Source of the DNA: a virus
Taxonomy: Duplodnaviria; Heunggongvirae; Uroviricota; Caudoviricetes
DNA: 64,000 nt
Strand: one strand, 5' to 3'
IMG/VR virus record: IMGVR_UViG_3300037453_000505
The notes beneath the pieces were generated by a model. That model was given only the letters and a program-made list of their open reading frames with translations. It had not been told where the DNA came from and made no database searches. Below are positions 54,916 to 64,000 of this stretch, piece after piece; position 1 is the stretch's first letter, and each line of letters starts with the position of its first letter. The translations under genes and the position numbers were made by a program.

Positions 54916-55522
54916 TTAAAGCTCAAGGAACAATGTATTTAATATTATTATCATACATTTCCTTTAATTTCTTAAGTTTAGTTTGGAACTTACTATAATA
55001 ATTAGCACTAGCATTAATGTCACTGCTATTTTCTAGAGCGTATTCACTTTTCATATAGAGTCTTAATAAAGAAAGAGTATATCTATCTATATCAACATCA
55101 TCATCCATAGAAGACACTTCTTCAAATCATTTAGAATAGACTATAAAAGCATCCGTTAGTCAAGAAGGCAATAATACATTTACTTTATTATCTCCTACTA
55201 TAGAATAACTATTTCTATCTAAATTATCTCAATACATCTCTTCCATAAGAAGTCTCTTGTATCCAGCACAACAATCTTTAGGGTCTAAACTACATCATAC
55301 ATTACAACCCTTTCAGAAAAAACCTCGCACCTTAGTAATAGGATACGTAGTAGTTATCTGTGCTTTACAATCCGCTACAGCAAATCTCTCTATAACCTTC
55401 CTAGGATAAAAGTCATAGATTTCCATTGCAAAGGAATTTAAAATATCCGAAAATCTAGCTATTTTACTTTCACATCAACTGTCAGTGATGTTTGTTCAAG
55501 CGTATATATCTTTTACTTTCAT
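54890..55522 (-). CDS. Hypothetical structural protein (about 210 aa).
   Basis: MKVKDIYAGTNITDSGCESKIARFSDILNSFAMEIYDFYPRKVIERFAVADCKAQITTTYPITKVRGFFGKGCNVGCSLDPKDCCAGYKRLLMEEMYGDN... includes ORF-track 54923..55117. Its stop overlaps the next ATG (TAAATG). Confidence 0.4.
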
Positions 55523-55529
55523 TATAAAT

Positions 55530-56538
55530 TATTTGTTTAGTGTAAAAGTTGCTATTCAACAATCATAAATTTTTACAAATCAACTCTCAACCATACCGCA
55601 CATATTGTCTTCTAAATCAATAATATGCTCCTCTGTTTTAGGATTATACCGATGGGCGGTTGGTTGACTTATATCTAATAATTTATATCATAGCTTTATA
55701 ATATCGGCATACATACATTTATCTAATCATACTTTTATTTCATCAGTATGATATTTAACGTTATTTAGTAAATTAAGCACATCTTGTTTATCGTCCCAAT
55801 CCCGTACCATAATAATATTATATCAATGATTTATAGCGACTATTGCTTTATCTTGATGATAACTTTTCCGTTTTGGTCTTCATTTTGGAGCTTTAGTAAC
55901 ATTATGATATGTATTAGGATTTATCTCTATAAGAGTATTGTTTGTCTTTATATCAAATGGAGTGCCTCCAATAATAAATTCCATATCCTTTGATTTTTCC
56001 CCTATATCTATATTATATCCATTATTATTCAAGAACCAGGCAAATTTTATATTATAAGAAGATTTAGGATTAGGATTTGCATTATGTAAAGGCTCTAACC
56101 TCTTTTTCTTTTCTTCTTCAGATAAAGAATTAATATGTTTACTCCATACAATTCAGCGACACTTTAAGCTACAGCATTTTTGTCCTTTATAATAAGGTTT
56201 AAAAATTTTTCAACAACCTCCGCACTTTGTTTCGGGGATAGCCCTTACTGAAAAAGCACATTCATTACTACAATATTTTTGCTCCTTATAATATGGCTTA
56301 AAAGTTTTTCAACACAATTCACATACTTTATCGTGCAAGACTTTATGACTAGCATAGCCGCACTCTTTACTACAGAAAAACTGAGTAGAATTTTTAGGAC
56401 GAAATTCTTTTTTACAAAATTTACACAGTCTATCTTTTAATCTTGTTCTAGATTTATAGGAGCATTCGTTGCTGCAATATCTCTGTCCTCTACGAGGTAA
56501 AAATTCTTTTCAACAATATTCGCAAGTTTTAATAGTTT
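55530..56538 (-). CDS. Protein with four tandem zinc-ribbon repeats (C-x2-C-G-K-x-F-x-P ... Q-x-Y-C-S-x-x-C) and a C-terminal domain of unknown function, possibly a nuclease; immediately downstream of the capsid gene.
   Basis: MCNKTIKTCEYCGKEFLPRRGQRYCSNECSYKSRTRLKDRLCKFCKKEFRPKNSTQFFCSKECGYASHKVLHDKVCELCGKTFKPYYKEQKYCSNECAFSVRAIPETKCGGCGKIFKPYYKGQKCCSLKCRG... then ...FIIGGTPFDIKTNNTLIEINPNTYHNV... Confidence 0.45.
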
Positions 56539-56722
56539 TATTACACATAATATTAGTAATAACGCTATAAATATATAATATATTTATATTACTGATAAAT
56601 AAGAGAAATACAAGAGATGCTTAATTAATTAAAAGAAAAGGGAAGGCTAATTAAAGCCCTCCCATATTTGAAAGACTAGATTAGTCTAAAAATTCTACAT
56701 CATCTAATCCACATACTTCACA

Positions 56723-58165
56723 AGAGTTAAGTACGCATTTTCCAAAGTTCTTAATGAATCTATATGCTCCTTTATCAACTCACATCCATACTACAGCAAA
56801 TTTAACATCTCCAACAATCTTATTACATTCTCCGAGTTGAGCTCCGATATTATAAGGATTGTCTGGTAAGTATCTAAGCATAGGAGTTCCGTTCTTAATG
56901 CTTCCATTAATAGGTGCATTAGAAACAACTTTACCGTTAGTATCAACTACAGTATATTTTGGCTGGAATACTCCAACTTTATCTTCAGGGATTGTCAACA
57001 TTACAGAGAAGTCGAAGTCGTTAAGAATTGGAAGATATTTGAAAGTAATAGTTGTTCCAGCATATCTAATTCTTGGTAATCCAACATCGATATCATATTG
57101 ACTTCCATCTAAGAATCCAACATTTCCATAGTCTTGGAAATATCCTTGCATCATATGAAGTCCTTCCATAGCTTTCTTGTTCATAGCAACTGTTACGTTG
57201 TTTTTGTACATTCCAGAAATCATAGCTTTATTGATAACGATATCTAAGAAAGCTTGGATTTGATGTCTAGCGTTTGTACATTCAGAAGCTGATTCATCGC
57301 AGCATCCTTCAAGGTCGAAAGCAATCTTTAATCCATTTTCTTGTGCTTTAGCAAGAGCAGGGAAAAGTCCCATAGTCTCCCATTTGTATGTAGAGATTTG
57401 CATATTTCTATCATAGAAAGCTGCGTGTAAGAATTCTTTAATAGCTTCTACATCTCCTTTTCTGAACATAGCATCTACGATAGCTTGGATTCCTCCAGAG
57501 ATAAGGTAGTCTTTGTTCAAGTCACACCAATTGAATTCGTGAGAAATAGAGATAGTTCTGAAGAATGCAGAATAGTAATCCATTCCTCCTAATTCTACTG
57601 GATTGAAGATTTCAGTTGCACAACTTCTATCTCTTAAGTAAGCTCCTCTTCTAACTTTATCTCCTGCTTGTAATTGAACAGAAGGAGCTTCTTTCAAAGT
57701 AATAACATTTGTAGCAGAATTAACTGATTCAATGTATAATCCATTAACTGGATTTCCTCCTTGTCTCATAACTAAGATAGTTGAATCTCTATTAACTCCT
57801 CCTAATTTTTCAAGAGAAGCAACTTCAATTTCAGCTCCATTTACAGAAACGATTTCAGTCTCTTCACCACAAATTCTTGGTTCATACCAACCTACTTTAC
57901 AATCTCCATCTAACAAAGTCAATTCACTAGAAGCAGCTAAATTGTCTTTGAATTTATAAGTTACATATACTTCTCCTGTTGTAGGGTCTTTTTGAGGTAC
58001 TACATCGAAGAAAATAGTCTCATATCTTAGGAACTCTTCATATTGTCCCCAAGTTTCGAGAACTCTACCATTAGCATACAATGGGTTCAAAATGTCTTGG
58101 AAGCGAACTGATTTTTCAGATAAACCAGTAGCATCGCAAGGATTACAGCTTTGTGTGCTTGCCAT
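56723..58165 (-). CDS. Putative major capsid protein (about 480 aa), a highly expressed structural protein.
   Basis: This is the only ORF over 400 aa in the standard-code track (56780..58165). It has no internal TGA in 461 codons and extends 19 codons past a single TGA near the C-terminus. It lies directly downstream of the scaffold-like gene and portal candidate. It is preceded by AAAGGTG. Function is assigned by position, size and codon usage only. Confidence 0.45.
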
Positions 58166-58289
58166 TTAAGTTCACCTTTTAAAAATAAAAAGAAAAAAGC
58201 TCACGCTATTCCAAGCGTAGCTCAAAAGTTAATTAAATAAATAATTAACCACTAGACTAATACATTCATCTTCTTGATAAAGGTATTCC

Positions 58290-59165
58290 TCTAGGAGTGG
58301 TTTGAGTAGGTTTCTCTACTTCAGCAACTGGTGCGGACGTAGGTACACCTTCTCACATAGTGTTTGATTTTAATGGAGCATTCGCAAAAATGTCCATAAT
58401 TTTGTTAGCACTTATTGAAGGATTCAATACTGCTAACTTTGCAACATAATAGCGAGTTAGATTTTTCTTACTAGCATCGCTTTTGTCTTTTTTGTACGAC
58501 TGTTCTAATCTCCAAAGAGTATAGAATTCATCATCCAATTTTGTTACTCTAGGGTCATTGTCCGTAGTAGTAACTTGTTCATTAAGTTTCTTATTCATAT
58601 CCTTAAGAATTTGAATAGTATTAGCATTCTGTTCGTTATCGAACTGGTGCATACTTCTTTCTTTTTGGAATGCTAAGTAAACTTTTTTAGCCATTTCTTC
58701 TGCAGACTTCTTATCCTTGATATCTTGAAGTCATTGCTTTAACTCTTCGTCAAGCTTATCTGATTCTTTAGATGAAGAAGTTGCTTCAGCTTTTACATCC
58801 TTAGCTTCTTCAGATGGAAGGTCTTTTGTTTGTTCTTTAATAATCTCATCAAGAGCAGCTTCATTCTCTTTTTGAGTTTGATTTGCATCAGCTTCTTGAG
58901 CAACAGTTTCTAATGTTTTGTTTTCGTTAAGTATTTTATTAACTTCATCCAAAACATCTTTTTGTTCGACAGGAGCTTCAGCAGTTTGAGTTGTTTGTGC
59001 AACATCTCAACTTGAAGTTCAAGTTCAGTTGTTATTGGCAACTGTTTGTTCAGATTGTGCAGGCTGAACTACCTGTTCTGCAACTGGTGCAGTTTCATTT
59101 GGATTGGAAATGTTTTGCTGACTCTCAGCAACTTGTCCAATTGTTGTGGTTTCTTCCCCGTTCAT
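58290..59165 (-). CDS. Putative scaffolding protein (acidic, Q/E/K-rich, coiled-coil).
   Basis: MNGEETTTIGQVAESQQNISNPNETAPVAEQVVQPAQSEQ...; ORF-track 58731..58952 and 58353..58694 are joined by TGA. It sits between the portal candidate and the capsid gene. Confidence 0.45.
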
Positions 59166-59587
59166 AATCTTAAATTTATGAATTAAAATACGAATAGATT
59201 TTACTAGCTATGTTTAGATTTTACTCGCTTCCCTTGCCTACCAACTCAAGGTACTATCCCATAGCTAGCTAATCCATTCAACCACCATCACCATTATGCG
59301 TCTACGCATCACTTATAAAAGGTGTCCAATTATCACCTTTTCTATATATAGATTATAAATTTTAAGTTTTTTACTATAACTTTTTAAAATAAAAAGAAAA
59401 ATCTGAGTTCTAAACCCAGATTTTCTTTCTATATTTTATTCTTCATCACATTCTTCATCTCGGATGTTTTGTCATCGTATCGACATTTTTATTGTTGTGG
59501 CAATATAAAATCGAGCTGACTTTCATCTACTTGCTCTGTAGGATATGCAGAATTTACATATGGCGCTTGTGATTGGTCTGGATTAGC

Positions 59588-61509
59588 TCATTGTGCTTGT
59601 TGCATCATTATAGCAATTTCCTCTTCTGAAGGTTGTCCATTGGTAGGCTGTTCAACCTGTTGTGTCTGTTGTACTTGCTGTTGTGCTTCTATTTCTTTTT
59701 GCTGAATGTAATCTTTAATTACATAACTATCGTCAATATATTGTTTTTGTTCATCAGTTGACATAGCTTTAAATCCTTTAAGTCCTGCATAATCTGCAAC
59801 ACTTTCAAGGAATGCTCTATTATCAATATCAGGTAATCCTGTAATAGGGTTAGTAGCGAATGCTGAAGTGTTCTGCATCATAGTCAATAATCATTGAACC
59901 TTAGAAGCTTTAGTTTCTTCAACACCAATATCTGCTGAACATACAATCTTAAATTTCTTATCTAATTCAGATAAGTTGATTACATATTCTTCATCTTCGT
60001 TCTGCACATAAGCTACACTAGCTCAACTTTGTTTAGCAAGTCATAGCCAATGGTAAAACAACTTAGCATAGAATCTACCTATAGATTTAATCATAGGACT
60101 AAGTCTAGCCTTAGAAGCATTAACTCTTTGTTCTGCTCAATATCTTGAACGTTCAATTTTTCATTCTCAACCTAGAACATATGAGTTAACTCAACAAATA
60201 GTATAGGCATCAGCTTTGATATTCTCAAACTGATTCATAGCTAATTGAAGGATATTGTAATCAGTAAAGTCTATCTTTGTAATAGCATTATTCATTCCTG
60301 CATATGATGGATTGATTGAATATACCTTTCATTCATCATAACCAATACTTGTAGGAGCATTACCTGTGGTAGGGTCGGTAATAGCTCATTGAACTGCAGC
60401 TAATACAGGATTCAAATGTCTATAAACAGCATCTGCAATAGAATTAAATAAAGCATTACACTGTTTCTGATGTCACATAACTTTCTTTCAAATTCCACTT
60501 GGAATACATCAAACTCACTTTTCAAATGTTAATTCTATAAATGGTCAATCTTTTCCAGAAATAGCAAAGTCTTCTCAATATTTGAAAGGACTATCCCCTG
60601 AATAAACAAAATAACCATTTACCATAACCATAAGCTTATCACCTATGTATAAGTCAACTACTTCACAGTAGCTAGAAGTATCCAAAATATTAAATGTATC
60701 GTCATAAATCATACCCGTAGGAGTTCCATCACCCAGGTATCCCAAATACGTTGCGGAATACGCATCAATATCATATATCTTTGTAAAATCTGCTTTACTA
60801 AGTGGCATAGGTGCTTCTAGAATGGCTGATTTCTTTTTCTCTACTTGCTTTCACATTCAATCCTTTCAATCCCATATAGGATAGAAAGCATCTTTTAATC
60901 AATCAAATGGGATAAATCTTCTTCTAAATTTCTCTGGTGCTTTATAGAAATCTGTAGCTCAAACGCTATAGAACATTTCAAAAGCTGACACAGGGAATAA
61001 GCAAGGTATAAATGTAACTACATTATCACCTTCATCATTCTTCATTAAGCTTGTAGTATAACCTGGCATTCCATAAGAAGCTCAAATCAATGAAGCTTCA
61101 TTTCTAATAATTTCATTAGTTTGTTCTGTTTCAGAGATTTCTGTTCCCCGTTGGAAAAATAATTGAGCATCGTCAACTATTTGTGCTTCTACTTCTTCCA
61201 TAGGATACACTTTAGGTCTTAAGTCATTATCATATAATGAAGCCATAAATGTATCGTGAATTGAAGTTATTAAAGGATAAATTTTAGCTGACTTATATTG
61301 CATATTATGTTTCTTAAGTCAAGCTTCATACTCTTTAGAATATAACTTATCCATCTTAATAACATCAAACCATTCTGGAAAGATATTGTCTCTAAAGTGG
61401 ATTAGAATGTTTTTAAGTTTTCAGTAGATGGTACGTTCAGCATCAGTGGAGTTATCTTGGTAGATTTTATTCTTTTTCTCCTGCTCCTGCTTTTTTACTT
61501 CGCTATCTA
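59588..61509 (-). CDS. Putative portal protein (about 640 aa).
   Basis: MENIDSEVKKQEQEKKNKIYQDNSTDAERTIYGKLKNILIHFRDNIFPEWFDVIKMDKLYSKEYEAGLKKHNMQYKSAKIYPLITSIH... ORF-track fragments 61082..61303, 60575..60808 and 59588..59887 join in one frame. The assignment is by size and synteny (large ORF, small gene, this gene, scaffold, capsid). Confidence 0.4.
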
Positions 61510-61514
61510 TATTT

Positions 61515-61847
61515 TCCATTAATTTAGATTAGTAGAATTAAAAATATCTGATGCACTTCTGAGTTTTGTCTCAATCTTTACATCCCTCTTATCCTTAGAG
61601 AAACCACAAATATTATCGATTTCTTTGTAATATTTTAAAAGTTTCTCTTCATATCCCTTCTCTTGGGAATCTTGTAAACGTTTAATTTCTTGAACAAGTC
61701 ATCTAAGGTAAAGCTCTTGAGCAGACATTCATAACTCTTCTTGAACGATTCTGTCTAGCATTTCCTTAGCCTTCTCATTTTCTGGGGCAATGTGTTCTGT
61801 CATAACATCATCTTCCATCTGATTTACATCTATTGACATAATTTATT
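61515..61847 (-). CDS. Small protein (about 110 aa) whose stop overlaps the portal start (TAATG).
   Basis: MSIDVNQMEDDVMTEHIAPENEKAKEMLDRIVQEELGMSAQELYLRGLVQEIKRLQDSQEKGYEEKLLKYYKEIDNICGFSKDKRDVKIETKLRSASDIFNSTNLN. Confidence 0.35.
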
Positions 61848-62174
61848 GGCATAAAAATATAAAAGAAATATTAGGTACTTTCGTTGTAAAAAATAATTTA
61901 AGACACATACAATGTTAGAGGTGGACAATTTATCCACCCAAACATTTTGTATGTCTTATTAACTTTCTGCTTCAAGTGCTTTGCTTGTTTTCTTCTCAAT
62001 ATTACTTAATTGCTTTTTTGTTGAAACTTGTTGTGTTTTTGTTGCTTTAACATTTCTGTTAATATCTTTAGCTAAGCTTAGGTCTAAATGAGGTTTGTAC
62101 TTACTAATAGATATCTTACTTACTTCAGGAGTATAACCTTTTAATCACAAATCCTTTACTAGACTTGCACCCTT

Positions 62175-64000
62175 TATAGTTACAGGCACCCATTGTTTAT
62201 AGCTTGTAGTTCCTCAAGCTCATCAATTACTTCTTCAACTACCTCATAACTTACTTGCTAAGTTCTTTAAGGCAGACGAGAAACTTGATGCGGCCTTTCA
62301 ACTTCAAGAAGAACTCTTTCAACTAGTTTGCATACTCTCTAGATTAGATATAGCCATTCAATCCCATTGGTATAGCATTGAATTCATATAATCAGCATAC
62401 ACATCATAGTCATCTCACAATAAAGCTCTAAGCTGCTCTGGGTTCTTTTGAATAAACTCTTTGTTTTTATGGAATAACGCAATCATAGCTGCCTGCTTCT
62501 GTTCTGGACTAAAGCTATCTGTATCGTAAATTCTATTATAGATACTATCAATTAATGTAGCAGTAATAGCTCCTGTAGGGTCACTATTCTTATACATATT
62601 GGTTAAAATAGAAGCTTCAGCAACAGCTAAATTTACATCTCAATCCTCAATAGCTTTAGATACAGCTCAAATCTGTCTAAGGGTTTGTTCATAATTATAT
62701 TTCAAACTTACAGATTTACTTCAATCATCATTCTCTTTCACATTAAAGAACCTATCTAATATCTTCCTATCTCATTCTTTAGCTTGACTTTGAATAATCT
62801 GTAATGCGGCAACTGTAGCGTCATCTTCATCTAATACTTGAAGTTTATCGAAGAATGAAATATTTTCTCACTCTAAAGGCTGTTGTCACATCTTTAACAA
62901 TAATGCCTTATCTAATCATACATTTTCAAATTCTGTCTTCGTCCATTTATTATCTTTACCTTTAGCTCAGGCATTTAAAGCTTCAATTAATTGACTTTCT
63001 CTAGTAGAGATTAAGTTATAAGCTTGTCATTGTCATAACATCTTTACATAAAGCTGATAGTTAGGGTCAGATGAATGATTATTTAACCAATTCTTAGCAT
63101 AATTATAAATTAAATTTGTTGTATAAGTTTCATTATATCAATGGGCTTTTACATCTTCAATTAATTTATTCCAAGATGGGTCAACAACTTTTTCGCTACC
63201 ATTCATTTGAATTTCTCAATGTTCGTTAGTTATATGCTTCATATGGTCTAACCAAAGTTCCATTTCAGTATCAGCCTCATTTCAACTTTCCTTACCATTC
63301 ATATGTCAGTAATCTTCGTATTGAATTAACGACTTAGTAAAGTTAGAACTTCAAGGACGATATTTAGCATTCTCTAACATAGTATTAAAGAATATCTCAG
63401 CCTCTTCTGGAGTTTGTGGAGTAACTATTCATTTCTTATAAAACTCTAATCAAGCTCTAGTATTTTGCATAGTATCAGCTAAATCATTAGCTGTAAAATA
63501 ACTAGGGGCGTTTCTGTTGATAGCTTTCATTACATTCTTAGGTAATGCAGCTAATTGGCTTCAGTTAATAAATGTTTTAGCTAAGTTTCAAGCATAAGTC
63601 CATCTAGTATCCCAAGGCAACCCTGAGTCAAACATTTGTTTAATAGTTTCCCAAGTTTCTGTATTATCTATTTCATAAGAGAAGTTTTTATCTGAACCAA
63701 GTTTGCTTTCTCCCATTATAATAGAAGGGATACCTCAAGTTTGTCAAGTCATTTCATATGTATAACCATATGAATTCATATCTTCATTAACCATATATCT
63801 AAGACTTCAGAACGATAATTTCCACCATTCATTTTCTATATAAGCCCAAGCTCAATCTGGTCAATCTGTAGTCCAAGCTCAAGCAAGTTTAGCTATCCAG
63901 TTATATGGTTTCCATTGTCTTCAGAAGTTTTTACCTAAAGCATTAAAGAAAGCTCATACTCAGAATGTATCTTTATATATAGTAGGGTTCATTGCAGAAG
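62175..64000 (-). CDS. Large ORF truncated by the window edge (at least 608 aa in the window); possibly the terminase large subunit by synteny, unverified.
   Basis: There is no in-frame TAA or TAG on the minus strand from 64000 down to a TAA at about 62175; many TGA=Gly codons. ORF-track 62415..62597 lies inside it. The Walker motifs expected for a terminase ATPase would be beyond the window, so none was seen. Confidence 0.3.

Noticed and set aside
1-64000. Treating the many 60 to 110-aa standard-code ORFs as separate small genes or pseudogene fragments.
   Set aside because: Adjacent fragments on the same strand join in-frame when TGA is read as Gly. Examples are 34328..34534 with 34052..34294, 38859..39239 with 38085..38321, and 58731..58952 with 58353..58694. 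They then yield recognisable domains. Fragmentation is a genetic-code artefact, not gene decay.
1-64000. TGA = Trp (table 4, Mycoplasma-like), the other common TGA reassignment.
   Set aside because: At motif positions that must be glycine (GxGxxG of E1, P-loop GAPGCGKS of Pnkp, GSPCQ of the MTase) TGA occurs. The element also encodes a tRNA(UCA) with glycine identity elements plus a separate tRNA-Trp(CCA).
1-64000. TAG reassignment suggested by the possible tRNA(CUA) at 13605..13677.
   Set aside because: Several well-defined genes terminate with TAG: the E1, the JAB protein and the small acidic gene at 52235. No in-frame TAG was encountered in the roughly 6 kb of late genes translated by hand.
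1-64000. CRISPR arrays, rRNA genes, IS/transposase genes, or integrase/attachment sites.
   Set aside because: No regularly spaced direct repeats with unique spacers, no rRNA-like conserved stretches, and no transposase or integrase motifs were seen. The repeats present are coding-sequence paralogy (tail-fibre modules) and promoter-like motifs.

Overview
Reading TGA as a stop leaves only one long ORF (>200 aa) in 64 kb, but reading TGA as glycine (translation table 25, used by Gracilibacteria/Absconditabacteria-SR1) restores dense, contiguous coding. The clearest example is the ThiF/E1 Rossmann motif GIIGAGGIGS, where both middle glycines are TGA codons; table 4 would give an implausible GIIGAWWIGS. 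A tRNA with anticodon UCA and glycine-type identity elements (GCGGG acceptor stem, U73 discriminator) sits in a tRNA cluster, matching this code.

The content looks like a large phage or prophage of a code-25 host, in two divergent arms. The + arm (about 84 to 27700) carries early/metabolic functions:
- a four-gene ubiquitin-like conjugation cassette (E2, unknown, E1, JAB);
- an HNH endonuclease;
- a trifunctional Pnkp-like kinase-phosphatase-ligase RNA-repair enzyme;
- eight clear tRNAs and two ambiguous tRNA-like elements;
- three small membrane proteins behind a shared promoter-like motif;
- an SPFH protein;
- a C5 cytosine methyltransferase;
- an SSB-like protein;
- a PD-(D/E)xK exonuclease;
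- a sigma-factor-like protein;
- a RusA resolvase;
- an HslV-like peptidase.

The - arm (about 27700 to 64000) carries late/structural and lysis functions:
- a terminase-like large ORF cut off by the window edge;
- portal, scaffold and capsid candidates;
- a zinc-ribbon protein;
- a beta-helical tail fibre;
- three large paralogous tail-fibre genes with shuffled modules and FISUMP lectin-like domains;
- small discoidin and LamG receptor-binding-like proteins, one with an in-frame G10 tract;
- a Big_2 protein;
- a holin, a papain-like peptidase and a glutaredoxin.

A strong hairpin terminator at about 27680 to 27712 marks the switch between the two arms. All coordinates were derived by hand and can be off by a few nucleotides. 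Product calls rest on motifs I recognised, not on database searches.
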